Source: Camelus dromedarius
Taxonomy: Eukaryota
Length of the DNA stretch: 64,000 nucleotides
Direction of reading: 5' to 3'
Assembly (NCBI RefSeq): GCF_036321535.1
Contig: NC_087437.1
Location: forward strand, 39,558,001 to 39,622,000
The position numbers were made by a program, and so were the translations under genes. The notes under the pieces are model-generated. The model was not told the DNA's origin. It saw only the letters and a program-made list of their open reading frames with translations, and did not search any database. Positions 14,010 through 29,190 of the stretch are shown in pieces (position 1 is the stretch's first letter; the number at the start of each line of letters is the position of its first letter).

Positions 14010-14780
14010 CAGGAGCCGGGCACCCCTGGATTCCCAGCCATTCTCCGAGCTCCAGTTTCCTCATCTGTGAAACAGGAATAGTGCTTCCTGCCTGCAGGCC
14101 CACTGTGATGATTAACTGAGGTAATGAATGCACACATTCCCAGCATGACTTTGGTCTAACAAGCTGTTTAAAAACTGAATAATTCATTTTATTCATCTGG
14201 TACAGAAAAAAAAAATTGGTTAATGGTCATTATCTGAAAATAAGAGTTCCAGTGTACCTATTCTTTGAATGTGTTTTCTTAGCTGTCCTTAAATTTTTTG
14301 AGAGCACTCAACAATTAGACCGGACGGCTCATGGTTTTCAAGGGCTGGGTTTTCCTTATTTTTCAAAGCTACATGTTTGTTCAAGAAATGTCTCTAACAT
14401 TTTTTTCCAAAAAAGTCTATATCCACTTTTGTATACTCTAGAATGATCTCTGCTATGTCCTAAAAAGTTCTTCTTAGCACAGTGTTTGTGCATATGTCCA
14501 CACACATATACACACATATATTTTATTAACTATCACCAAAATTATGAAGTGCCTGCATGTGGAGAACTTTAACCAAGTATTTCCAAAAATGTATTTTGAT
14601 TTTCAGCACTCACAGACACCCAGGGCAGTAGCAGAAGCAGCAGGAATTATTACCCTGGTTTCACAGATGAGATTTTGAAAAGTATGTGACTTGCCTGAGA
14701 CCTCAAAGCCACTAAAGTAATGGAGCCAGAGCTCAAACCCAGGCCTTCAGCTTCCAAATCCGATACTGTCCCCACCGCAT
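14010..14780. mobile_element. Two MIR fragments (~14010-14180 plus, ~14650-14780 minus)
   Basis: cagtttcctcatctgtgaaacaggaata; tttcacagatgagatt..tgacttgcctgag..gagccagagctcaaacccagg. Confidence 0.65.
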
Positions 14781-16139
14781 CTCCCGGCCTCTCTACAGGG
14801 CCGCTGGGGAGATGGATGTAAAAGAAGGCAGAAATGTAAGGCTTGAAAGCCTCTTTGGAATTTGGAGGGGCCAAGCATTAGCAAACAACTGAACTGTCAT
14901 GCTCAGATCTAACAAGAATTCAGTGGCGTTGAGAGCATTCGAATGGCTTCGGAATTTATAGGTATTTTGTCTACAACAAAGGAAAATGCACAGCACGTTC
15001 CAGACGCTCCTCCATTTTCTCAAATGTGTTGTTAAGTCTCAAGTACTAGATTCTTCTTCCGTATAGGCCATATTTATAGCTTTAATATATTTTCTGAGTA
15101 TTTCCTGGGCACACTTTAAAAATATCAATATTTATGCCCCATTTATTTAATTCCTATACTACTGACATTTAGAAAGGATGTGAGGAAGTTTCTCTCTGTA
15201 TCTGGCATTGTGGTTAAGAATGAATAAATAAACAAATGAAGAAATTAGTCAGGATCTATTTCCACATGTCATACTTACTTAATCTGCAAGCCTTGTTAAA
15301 ACCTCTACAGCCGGCCAAGTTGAAAGAACCATATCTAAAACAACTGGCATTGTATTTAAGGTGCAAAAATATATTCATAATTGCTTTCCCACCAGAGAAT
15401 CTATCCTATGGAAATACCACTCCTCACATTCCAACCCCGTGTGTACATATGTGAACACACAGAAACAATTATGTGCATGAAAACTAAAATGCCATTGTTT
15501 ACACAAGCGAAAAGCAGAAAACATACATTTTCAACAAAACTGAAATGGTTGAAGGCATCATAGTAGATCAAACCCGATGGAATATGGAGCAACTGCTAAG
15601 TGATTGTCCTGAAGAATTTGTAGCAATTATGCAGCAATTTTTTGTTTTTTTTGATAAAGAAAGAAAACTCAAACTCAAAATCACAACAAGCCTCTGAGTA
15701 TCACTGTGAAAAAAGTGATATTTTGCCTGTGGACAAAGACTTAAAAGGATCGTAGAAAAGTTAAAGTGTCCCTACCCTCTTGGAATCAGTTAACAGTATT
15801 TGGGTGATTAAAAACAAAAATAAGAAACAGAACACCTTTTAGCATGCCCTACGTGACATCAAGAAGAAAAATTGTAGGATGCTCTGTCCTGAGACATGGA
15901 ATGATACCAAGGACCATGTAGTGTTGCCCCTGAGCCCTGACTTGGCACCACAAGGAGAAAGTCCAGAACAAGGAGTGGGGGGTAAAGCCAAGGGCTACAC
16001 TTCACGTCATCTCAAACTGTACACCACGTGCTGTGCTCCATGTCTCTGTCAGGGCGTCAAGGTCCCAGGCAGCCGATCCTTAAATCACGGGATCCCACAG
16101 GTAAAACTGCATGAGAAGGGGAAATACCACACAGTGGGA

Positions 16140-17600
16140 AAAATAACCATTTTTGTAAGTCTTTATTTTTTAGTTGCTCCTCCCATAGTAATGCACTGAA
16201 AGGCATAACAGTTTATATTGTACAAAGCATTTGAAGAAAGTACCTCAACTTGCCGATTATTCCAAAATGAGATTACAAACAAAAAGAAAACAAATCTGGT
16301 TCCTCAATAAAGGGCAAAATAACTGAATACAGTCTGTTATTTACGTCTCTCTTTTAACATAAGGTCTGGAACACTTCATTTTACAAATAGGATTAACATG
16401 AACATAACATCGCACAAGCTTGCAGACAACCAGCATAAAATATGGGGTACAGGTTTTTTAATCAGAAGAATCATGCTTTATGAAAGAAATTATAATCGTT
16501 TATACAATTGAATCAATTTCAGTATTACAAAAACTAAGTTGCATCTATTTGTATTTAGCTCATTAAGAAGGCAAACAAACAACAACAACAAAAAAAGGAA
16601 TGTTAAGAAAAGCCAAAAGCCAAACACCACTTGGCACTCCCACACACAGGTCGAGTCACCTTGGTCCTTGAAATGCAGAAAGGGGTGTGCCTCATACGTC
16701 AGGAATTAGTGGCCGACTGGAACAGTGCTATTTTAATCAACAAACAATAGTTTGCCAACAAATAAATACATGATACACGCAACACACGCAAAAAAAATTA
16801 AACATTAAAAAACAGTGACATGATTGTCTAAAATTAAGATGTTATTACAAGGATTTGGCAAACCTTCTATTAGTGTAGTGGTACAGCGGTACTGTGATGA
16901 ACAGGTCACCTCACTGACAGCCTCTCTGAGCGTTGAACAGCCATAGTTTACACTATACACATACCCTTTTTCCCTAGTTTTAAACAATGTACTTAAGAAG
17001 GCAAACGTTAATGGGAAACAAATACTCCTGTTATCAGTTTCTATAATAATCAAGTGTGCATTTCATCCAACTACTTCTGTCTTCAAAGGGTTAAATTACA
17101 TAAACCTTTAACGAAGGAAAAAAAACAATTAAACCTGTAATTCAAAGCAACTGTTCCGAATCATGTGTCAGGTGATCTTGTAGAAAAAAAGAATTCAGTT
17201 CCTACGGAGTGTTCATTCGTCTCAACGCCGCCATGTCCACTGCCCCCTCTCCCACCCGCCCCCCAGGGCTGGGTGAACCGGAAGACGCCGTCTGCCCAGC
17301 CAGTTTTTCATTGTTACTGAATCACTTTCCGTCGCATTGATCCTCCAGAAGTCAGCAGCTGCCTTTGCTGTGCAAAACAAAATATCGAGAATAAATAGTT
17401 TCTTTTTCTTTCTTTCTTTCTTTCTTTTTCTCTCTCTCTTTCTTTCTTTTTTTAAAATCATTCAGTTTAAGGTCCCCAGACTTTAAATGAGTGACCCTTC
17501 AGGTCTCTAAGGCATTCTGCTCAGCAGTCTTTTAAATAGTCCTATGTGAAAGAGCCATGCTACTGCTGGACTTGGTCCCATCTGGTCGACCTTGGGAATG
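16140..17600 (-). other. MECOM: MECOM 3' UTR (~1.45 kb)
   Basis: AU-rich sequence with no recognisable TE between the stop codon and an AATAAA with a U/GU-rich downstream element. The 3' end is inferred. Confidence 0.75.
16162..16167 (-). terminator. Putative polyadenylation signal AATAAA
   Basis: Plus-strand tttatt at 16162-16167; the minus strand continues GACTTACAAAAATGGTTATTTTTCCCACTGTGTGGTATTT (U/GU-rich). Confidence 0.7.
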
Positions 17601-17813
<213 letters not shown>

Positions 17814-19209
17814 TTAGGAAGAGAAGGGACCCTGAGTGGGAGCATTGCTGGTGGGTGTGTTTGGAAAAGCACAGGGCATTTTTTGGTGTGTCCTAATGAC
17901 GTGGTGTTAATGTTGACCTTCAGTGCCTTGAGGTCACAAAAGTGACACAATCTGCAGAATAAAAACTTAATTATTCTGTCTAGAATGTCAATAATGCCTC
18001 CATTAGGAAATAGGTGTCATCCCCCTTCCCAACCAGAAATACAATAACCATCCACCTACTGTTCATGCACATGTTCAACTCACCAAACGTACTACTCTAT
18101 GCTTACGACTGAAACTGCAAACACAAAGAAAGGCCAGGCCAGCCTTGGCAGCACTGTGGTCTGGAGGAAACAGTCCACCCGATCCCTGCGCTTTGTAACT
18201 GAGAGCCTGCAGGTGAGAAGACTTGCCCAAAGTCACTCAACTGGATAGTGTTGGAAGCATATGTAAAACTCATTTCTGCCCAACTTTTAATCCAGTGTCC
18301 TTTTTCCAGTTCCCCTCCATGCTTGAAATGTTCAATGCTGACACCTAAAGACCTTGAAAGTCGAGGTAGATCAAGTTGGTGATACAAAAAAAAAACAAAA
18401 AAACAAAAAAACAAAAAAAAAACACCTGAACACAAGACCCAGCACAGTTCTAACCCCTGGGCTCCAGTACCTGCTGGAGCAGAAGGTGCACGGAGGCAAT
18501 CTGTGAGGAAGTGCTCTTTCTTCCTTATCATCATGTCAAATTCTAAATAACTGCTCAGAGAGTCCTCCCATTTGCTGCCAAGTAAAATATTCAAATGAAA
18601 TATTTGGTCTTGACTTGCGAGTGAACTTTTCACTGTTGATTTGCTATTGGTCTCATCCATTGCTAAACTTGCTTGTCAAAATGCTGCTGAAGTGGGATCA
18701 TTAAAGTCCTGCCAAAGACATTCCACTGTCTGTAAACAAAGACAAAATGCCTCTGTTGTTAAGCAGAATTTCATCTCTGGGAGTCGTGCTGAGACATGTG
18801 GCCGGTCTGTGGTTTCTTCCGTAATCATGGCATTCAGTTAGAAAATCTGCCCTCGCGGGCTGATTTTGATCTGCTGGGTTATGGCTCTCAATGTACACAT
18901 TTGACTTTTATGCATGCAGTCTGCCTTCTGGACCTCTACAGAATCTCCGCAGACACATAACAAGAGATTTCTTAAGCATCTACTCTCCTCCAGGAGAGTA
19001 GCACTGTGCGAGGTCCCAGGGAATCAAGGATAGATGAGAGTTCTTGTCCATTGTAGAGTTTAAAGTATGGGGGAAGTGACATTGAACTTGATCTACTCTA
19101 ATTAATGTTCCCACGTTTAGAGATTAAGATAAAGAATACTCTGCAATGGTTTTACCAAAACTCGTTCTGATATTTGGAAAGGGGAAAGGGGAAATGGAGT
19201 GCAGAGGAA

Positions 19210-19410
19210 ATTTTGAAATCCTGAGTTGTAATTCTGGCTTCTAACCTGCCTCTATTCAACCAACTGTGTGACTTTGGGCAAGTTGCTTAACCTTTCAAGG
19301 TTACTTTCCTCATCTAAAATGTGGATAATAATTACAAAAACTTACCTCCAAGGGTTGTGGAGGAATCACAAGCACTAACTTACATGAAGTGCTTAGTTCA
19401 GTGTGCCTGA
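19210..19410 (+). mobile_element. MIR SINE
   Basis: tgtgtgactttgggcaagttgcttaacctttc..ttcctcatctaaaatgtggataataat. Confidence 0.75.
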
Positions 19411-21414
19411 TGTAAATTGTCCCTGTTTATCATGAAATTCATTTTTGCAGGATAGGATTTTTCAGGAAAATTCCATGCAGAAGGCAGCCACTGTTGTATT
19501 GGTCAACTATTTTGGATTCATTCGCCATAAAAATCTCAGAGTAAATATATGAGTTTTGAGCAAAACATCTGAATCTATTCAGATTCTAGAAAATGGTAAA
19601 TATGGCATATCTGCCTTTTGGTAATCAAAGGAAATAAACATTTTCATGCACAAGGATCGGTGCCCAGCATATAACTGACAGTTGATAAGAACTGAATGAA
19701 TGGAATGAAGAGTCTCATGAAATAAAGTCAGTTTGCAAAAAGGCCTGACCATTTTCAAACTGAGATATATATATATATGTGTGTGTGTGTGTATGACATA
19801 ATCAAGTAACAAAAATATGAGCTAGAATCGCAAAATGCTAGTATTTCCTGTGATGGTAGCTGTTAGCCCAGCTGGGCAGGGACTTCATACGTCAAAATGC
19901 TGACACTGAAATACCATTTCCACTATCTCTAGGTTCCCAGGTCCCTTTGTTTTCTGTCACTTGTGACAGTTTCAGGAATCTTCAGGTGTTGTGCCTTACA
20001 ATGTCTTGTAATTTGGGATGGAATAATTAAAAGACTTCTTTTTAAATAGAAAGAAAACCTGGCTCCCCCAGTTCTCTGATCAACTAGGGAAGAAGAATGG
20101 GAAATCAAGAGTTGAAGAAATGTATGTTAGCCACCTCTTATGGCTGGTTCCAAGTGAAAATGAGGTGTCTACTCTGGCCAAGTTACTTTTAATGTTAGAA
20201 ATGGAAAAATTCATTTTTATCCCCACTGAATCATAGAGCAGGAAGGGTCTTAGACATCTCCATTCACCCCACTTTACAATGAGGAGACGGCGCCCAGAGC
20301 TGCGGAGTGATGGTCTCCAGCTCACGGAGCAGGGCAGCTCCATTGCTGAGGCTGGCTGCTCTCACTTCAATTCAGAAAGAACATTTATCCTACCTGTTGC
20401 CATACATAATATCTTCAGACTTTATTGAATTTACTGATATTTTAAAATTTGTATTATCCCACTGGAATAACATTTTCCCCACTTTAGTTGAGATATAACC
20501 ACATTTGCTGTGAAGACCAGCCCAAAACATCTCAGCCAAACAGGAAATTTCCAAATGTAGAAGTTAATACGGTCACATGGTTGGATATGTCAGGCCATCT
20601 CCAAAATGAACTCTGGATCAAACAATTAGAGCAAAGTGACCAAAGAATATGGTAACAACAAAAAGTTTCTTTCCTTTTTTTTTTAATTGACCTCAATAAA
20701 CAATCAGGTTGAATGCAGATGTCAAGCAGAAAGGATTGACTTCCCTTTTTTGTGAAAAAAGAACTGAGGCTCCTTTAATTGGTATTTATAGATCCTTAAG
20801 GGATTTATTTTGGTTACCATAGTGCTGATAGAATGCTGGAGGTCCCAATGAACTTGGGTACCATTCATTTATTCGGTCAATAAAAATGGATAGGTCTTAT
20901 TTCCAGATTTGCCATCAAATTGCTGCAGACTTTTAGCAACTCATTTCATCTTTGATCCTCAGTTTACTCCTACATTCTATAATTAGATGACTTAGTAATT
21001 AACTGTATATAGTAAGAAACAAAAATAGTGGACAGAATTCACTTTGCAAAAATCTGAAAATACAATTAGGTTGACAAAAATTCTAGACACCAAGCAGTTA
21101 GAAAGTAATTCTGAAGTAGCATACAAACAGGTGCAAACAAACATTATAGACTCTCGATACAGAAGGAAGGCAACTGCAAAGTAAAGGGCAGATTATTGGA
21201 GGTCAGGGTTTGTCACAGAAGTTTCTGTGCAGAATGCAGTCATGTCAACTGCCATAGCGGTTACCTATTTTGGACTGGGTCATAGAGGAAAGACATGAAC
21301 CTTTTGAGTAAAGCATCTGAACCTGCTCAGATTCTAGACCATTGCAAAGAACACCTGCCTTTGGTGTCAAAGGCACAATGTCATCATGCATCTCTACTGC
21401 AGGAAGGTCTGTAC

Positions 21415-21598
21415 CTGTGATTTGGACTTTCTGTGTAACGGCTGTTTAAGTTCCTCTGGCACATGGGAAGCACTGAAAGAAGACACCTCAGCTTCAGTGT
21501 ATTGATTATCTTCCATTTTCCTCATTTTGAGGCTATCTGTGAAGTGCCTGATATGATCTAGAGCAGAAAGTCCAGTTTTATATTCTTCCTCTTTATAC
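21415..21598 (-). CDS. MECOM: MECOM exon (~exon 16, 184 nt)
   Basis: Acceptor catttTAG|GTATAA, donor TCACAG|gtacag; encodes [33 protein letters not shown]...LHRKSKSQ. Confidence 0.96.
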
Positions 21599-22418
21599 CT
21601 AAAATGAACCAATGGGAAAGCACAGAGGGTTTTTTTTTTCTTTTTCAGTTTGTTATCCACCCAAATCACTTTTCATTTGAGTTTATATACTTGTCAAACG
21701 TCATATTATATTTGCAATATAAAGTAACCCGCGTAAATTCTTGGGTTCTTTTAAAAAGCTTACAAATATTATATCTTATAAATAGATTTCTTTTAAGACT
21801 TTTCATAACTAAAGCAAGAGTATAGTTGAGATAAAGAATTAAAGTCAATGACATGTGAAGTCAGCAATGCAGTGGAGACAGAATTCATGCATTTATAATT
21901 TCCACTTAAAATAAAGCCAATTACGATGATATTCAGTTGGCATCAATTACCCATATGAAAATATAATATTCCCATCAATTTAGTTATTTGGGTATTTTTT
22001 CCCATTTAAAAATCTATCATCTGTAGAGATTCCATATATATATCAAATAAAGTGAGATTTATCTCAATAATTTTTGAACACTAACCCACTGGATAAATTG
22101 AATAAATTAATGTTGAAATCTCTATTTTAATTTGTTTTACAGGCAGAGTCTAAATAAATGATCGTGAACTTGTGTAATTTTCATTCACCCTTCCTACCTC
22201 AGGTTAATCAGAGTTCCACAGATACCGATGGATTTCTGTGCTTACAGATTATGTTGATGGCCACCTGATTTCCATTAATCCACTATGTATGTCTTGCTAA
22301 TTCAAATTTAACTTTTATGATTTATTGTTCAGAAACTGCTTATCACCTGGAGTGTTGTGCTAAAGAAGGAACAGAGCAGCAGGAACTGTAACCCTCCGGG
22401 GACTACGCTTGCATCTCA

Positions 22419-22754
<336 letters not shown>

Positions 22755-25639
22755 TTAACACTTCCAGAGCAAATTTTTATTGTTTATGCTTTTCATGGCA
22801 ACCATGGGAAAATAACGTAACCTCACAAACAAGAAAATGAAGAAAGAAACTAATTATGTGATTATTCAGATTATGAATGGAGACTTTGGCAGAACCAGGA
22901 AAACAATCCCAGTCTTCTAGTTCTTATCAGGCCTTTGCTTGATAAATGATATTGTTATATATGATATAAAAAGCACAGAAAGATTTTCTCTACATAACCT
23001 TACCTAATTATCATATAATTATGCACCATTGAAAAGGACAGATTTCTGGAAAACTCATATCCCTGAGCAACACTGCTGGAGCTTCAACACACATCCTTAC
23101 AGTGAATCTAAGGGTTCAAAGAAAATGTGAAAGTAGCTGTCAAGGGCCAACCAGCACTTGCTACTTCTAGGCGACATCGGTGGGATATGGCTCGTAAACA
23201 CTCTACTCAAACGTGGAAGTACTGAGCGCTCATTTATTTGTACTTTGTTCAAATTATCCTTGATGGTCCGAGGGTTAAAAAAAAAATCACAGTTTTCCAG
23301 GATAATATTGGGGTGGGAAATGATATAAAAATGCAATTGTCCAAATATCTTTTGAAGCTTACTTAGCAAGCATGAAAATAAAATGATGGCAAAGAAGAAT
23401 ATTCTACTTAAAAAGTTCTTTGTGATAGTTTGGTCTGTGGTTGCAAGGATTACATTATGTGAAGAGTTTAATAACAGAAGTTCCCATGTAATACATTTGA
23501 GAGCATTTTTGAAACTATGACAAACTTTTTGGGCTTTAAAGTAAACATTAAAATAAATGTAAATGGAATTTAAGTTTCACTGTCAGATTTTAAAGTTGAA
23601 ATTAAGCTACAAAATAATTATAAATGTTCTGACTATCTCTTCCTAACTTCTTCCTTTTAAAGACATGCGATCAGGGAAGTTAAGCCCTTGGCCAAGTACA
23701 GAGAGCTTGTTAGAAATTAAGCCATCACAGGAATTCAGGTGTCTGATTCCTGGGCCATTCAGAATCTTTCTATTTTGTCTTGCTTTTTTATGTATTTACA
23801 AATTCAGAAAACTTGTTGAGACTGCTAAATTATTGTTATAGTCATGTACAATTTTCACATTTAATGTAACTATTTTTCAGACTGTGGAAAATCAGGTACC
23901 AGTAATACCCCCCCATCACTTTCCAACATTAAAAAAAAAAGGGTATCATTTAATATTTAGATTTCCCAAGGCATAAAAATACATAAAGAAAACAGTCCTG
24001 GGTGTGACAGATGCACATAGTAAAAATTCATTTGACCAGAAAAAGTCATCTCATCGTTTAGTTTTTTTTTATACAGCCTGTCTCTTAACCTCTTTTATCA
24101 AAGAATGATGAAAACATGTTTTGCACAGACATAAATTATTAGTTTCCAGTTACACTGCCAACTTGCTAGCTTGAATGGATCAAAATTGTTATTTTTAAAA
24201 AATGAAAGAAAAAGTAGAAGAACAAAAGAGTGCATGGATGAAAACCAAAAGTAACAAAGCCAACGTGATTAAGAAAACCTATTTGTTAATTATGCTTTCA
24301 AATGTGGCAATTTATGGGGGATATATTATTCATCAAAAGTAGTCTGATAGGAGTTGAGGGGAGAAAAGTTAGATGACTCAGTCTTCTTACTTCTATGCTG
24401 TTTAGACATGTTGAAACCAGATGTTGGGCTACATGGTTCACAAACCTCGACTAAGGGCTCAGAATCTGAACAGGCATCTCAGAACACAAATGGTGCTTTT
24501 TGTTCGATATTTCTTATTTGCAGCATATACTTACTTATATTGTCCTTACTACTTTGTACTTCTGATTAGCTGCCCCATCTTTCTCTCTCTCTCAAACCCC
24601 TCCCCCCACAATACACACACACATACACATACACACACAAATGAGTGAGCAGAGGGAAAGATACATCCATTTGCACAAAGTTGTAGTTTTTATCAGACTT
24701 CTTTGAGGCTGGGAAGAGTCATAGCAGATATTCTCCCCTTGTTCCCTTATAGACACTTCTATACAAGTTGAAGAAGAGAAGTGTTTATATATTTTTACAT
24801 TATCTTGGAAAATAACATTTATTTGATACTTGCCTTAATGGAAAAACTATCTAAAATAATTAACTTTGACTTTTAATACCATCAAAAATAGAGGACATGA
24901 ACAATAACACTTGTGTGATAAGAGCTTTCATTAATTAATTTCAATTACATTAAAATTTTCATTGCAGCATCCTAATTTAATAGGCCATTGGACAGTTATG
25001 GTCAGAAAAACATAGGTCTCAATATTAGATATTTAATTATAACTTATAGATAAGAAAAATTAAATCTAGTAGTTTTGGTAAAATAAAGTCTCATTTACAT
25101 CATATTAAAATATAAAGTACTAGATAAGTGTTAATTAGGATCATCAGCATTAAAAGTTTGTCTTTGTAAATTTATGCCACACATGCTTGGTGTTGATAAT
25201 GACAAGAGGAAACCAGGTCACTAAAAACAGGGACAATCACACTCACTGAAACAAATATGTCAGAATTAAATGCGGACCCACTTGAGAGCATATAAGGGAG
25301 TAACAGAATCTTACTAGGAAGCCACAAATGTTTTCTAAAAAAGGTATTTGGATGACACTCAAAAGTATTTTATATGTAAATATTTATATATATAAATTTA
25401 GATATACAAATACATAAACAAATACATATTGATACTATATAGTCACATAATATATAGTCACATACTATCTGTATACATTATAGATCATATATGATATAAT
25501 AGTAACTCTATTATATACCAGATATATATGATATATAATAGTAACCACTGATTCAGCTGAACCCCTATGGTGGTTTTCCCTTCTACCTGGCAAGGTTCGA
25601 TAAAATATTCTAATTAGTTATCAGGAGAAGAGGAACAGA

Positions 25640-25845
25640 ATACTGGTGAAAGTGTGGACTCTGGAACCAGACAGCCCAGGCTGAATCCCATTTATTACTT
25701 ATGTGGCCTTGATGTCTCCATTCCTTCACTGACAAAATCACACAATAACTGTCACTATTTCATAGGATTATTAGGATAGTTAAGTCAATTAATTCATATA
25801 ATGTACTTCGGAGAACATCTGGTATTTAATCTGCACTAAATACCA
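25640..25845 (+). mobile_element. MIR SINE
   Basis: gtgtggactctggaaccagacagcccaggctgaatccca..tgtggccttg..cataggattattagga. Confidence 0.65.
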
Positions 25846-25958
25846 GCCACCGATGGTAGGAGTAACAGCTGTATTCTAAAAGGGAGGACAGCAAGGGCAT
25901 TCGAAAACGTTCATTTCAGAAATCATTAAATTTAAAACAGAGAAAAACCCCAGCTTTA

Positions 25959-26186
<228 letters not shown>

Positions 26187-28080
26187 TCAGTGTCGTTTCC
26201 TAAAACAGGCTCTTTCGAACATCAATACAGACAGCTTTCGGAGGTCAAGGTCTTCCCAATTTTACCATCGTGCTCAGGCCAATGGCAGTGCCTTGGGGAA
26301 TATTTTGAACCACTGAATTCATGAGGCACAGTCTTTTGAAGATGCTGTTTCTCCCACTAGCTCCCTCCTATTCCCACTGTGACACGGGAACATTTGTATT
26401 CGTAGAATGGGAATAGAGGATGAGGCAAATGATAGAGAGGTCTTAAACAATCCTACCAGAAGAAACTGTATACCCAGTCCCGGTTGCAGTCAGTATGTAG
26501 TTACTGCCCCTGTGCTAAAGTATGTTACCAAAAAAGACCGAAAGCACGCTGGAAATACTGCACTCTGATTTGGCGGACTAAGCCACGGGGAGACTCAGAA
26601 CACACCAGCCCAGAGATGCGCGTGCTACCGTATTAAAAGGACAATCTTGGATCTAGGCATTACAGAACGCTCTTCGGCTTCCTTTCCTATAAAACTGGAA
26701 TCGAAATGTCTGTGTCACAAGATTGTTTCAAAGTTTTCATAAATTTACAAATTATAAACACTTTCTAATATGTGGTCAATCTTTACACTTTTGCTTCATG
26801 CTGTTAATCTTGTCCACAAAATATCCACAGTTTAATAAGTTGAGGTGACAAAAAACGAGAGGTTAGAACACCCCTCAGCTTCATGAAGTTATAATCTGGA
26901 CCAACAAATAAGTATTCAGCTTTGACATGTTATATCTTTAACTTATTTAATCTTTTTCTGAGATTATTTTAACTGAAACAATTATAGGAGCATACTATAA
27001 GGATGTACACAGAAGATGTAGCTACTTTTGTATATTGGATTAAAGTTCTGTCTCTAAAACATGCTATTTTTAAACCATGATCATTTGATTTTTAACTTTA
27101 AGGGAAACAACCAGTATTTAGTTCATCCAAAATCATAAGCAATGTGCCTGTACAGTACAGAAAGAATTAATAATTAAATAATTTCCTGAAGTAAAGATTA
27201 TTACTTTGTATAAATCTAACCTTTTTCTCTTTTTAAAATCTTTTGTCCTGAACTCCATGCACAACCCCTTCCCTCACCCCCAAGTCATTTCCTTTATTCT
27301 CTAGAAACAGGTTGTGGCTACATAGGTCGGTGTCCCCCACACACATGCTAGCTGGTAAATATTAGCAAATGGCTTATATTTAAGCTTAATGGCTTAATAT
27401 AAGCAAATGGCTTATATTATCTAACTATTAGAAGCCAAAGGCAAGAAACCTACCATGTCTTCTAACTATGTGCCAGTAGGTCTGGGTTAAGGGAAGGCTA
27501 GTTTTTTGCCACTTTTAATTTAATACTACGTCAAAATTTGTGACTAAAACCACACTCCACTATCATTTGCTATGGGTTATTTTGGTCATGTCGACAATCT
27601 TCTGTTACTAATCTCTAAAACATTCCCCTGGAGAGGCTCTCTGAACTGCAGGTCTTCTGCAGAAGCAGCCATGGTTTCTAGGTTAATAAGCAGAGAGTGG
27701 CATTCTGGGGCTCCACTCTGGACTTCCTGCCATGCGGGGGCCACAGTCTGTGCCAGGAGGTGGAAAGATTGCTCCCTGCAATTTAGAAAATCTTGATTCA
27801 TAAGTCTCCTGTGATTTCGGGTTATGGTTCTCTTTGCTTGAGACTGCCCTTTGGGATGAATCCAGGAGAATATAAAATCATCCAAATAAGGCTCTGAGTT
27901 GTATATTATTCAACGATCACATCATTCACAGCACTCCAAAATCTCAAGGGAATCGTGCTGCAAATTTTCACAATAGGATCTGATTCTCGCATCAAAGTGC
28001 AACGACAGAAGACAGATCACAACTGTCTTTTAAAATAAGAAAAATAAGCCACCTTCTTTTCCTCATCACACAAGTGATTA

Positions 28081-28401
<321 letters not shown>

Positions 28402-28977
28402 TCAACTTCAACAAATACTTTGATTGCATTAAAGGTTTTCATGACTTTATGAAAAACCGTAATAAAATATTGATGATTTGATTGCTCACAAATTTATGAG
28501 GGCAATCAGTTCTAATATTTTAAATAAACCTCATGAAGTCAAAGACATTAAGAAATAGTAGCATTGTTTTATCTTCTGCTTAGGGCACTACAATTAGATC
28601 CTTTGTAAACAAGCACAAAACAGATTCTTCATATAAAGTAGAAAGATCCATTTTTAATTCAAAATTTCAGAGTCTGATTAAATAATTTCTTAGTAAATTC
28701 ACTTCCTCGATTACTAATTCCAAAAGAAATTCTGTTATCATCTCCAAAATAAAAGTAAGCATTCCAAACCTTTAAAACTGGAGCAACGTGAATAGTATAG
28801 TCTGATACCAAAGATACTGATTTTCATGATCTTTAGTGATTAGGACCCCCCCAAAGCCTTCATTCTATTAACCTTTAAACTGTTACAAAAGAAAAGTAAG
28901 TAAGATAAAACTTTTCAGATAAAAACAAAGGTCTTCGTTAACCTCTCCTCTCCTGATTACCCCCAGTTTTCCATTTC

Positions 28978-29190
28978 TTTTTTTTTTTTGACTTTTTATT
29001 TTGTTTTCAATTTTGATTTTTTAGCTAAATTCTTTTTATTGAGGTATAATTGACAAATGACATTGTATTAGTTTCATGTGTACAGCATAATAATTCAATA
29101 TTGGCATATATTGCAAAATCATCACTACAGTATCTAGTTCACACCTGTTCCATACAGTTATACATTTTTTCTTGTGATGAGGACACTTTT
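28978..29190 (-). mobile_element. 5'-truncated L1 3' end with degenerate A-tail (sense to MECOM)
   Basis: Poly-T, then tttttattgaggtataattgacaaat..attgtattagtttcatgtgtacagcataataattc. Confidence 0.75.

Noticed and set aside
18103..18660. 185-aa minus-strand ORF in the last intron
   Set aside because: Runs through a low-complexity A/T tract and MIR-like sequence; no domain similarity, and it is not needed to complete the 1051-aa frame.
25375..25545. AT-rich degenerate short tandem duplications (also 27360-27420)
   Set aside because: Ordinary slippage repeats; no repeat-spacer structure, so not CRISPR-like.
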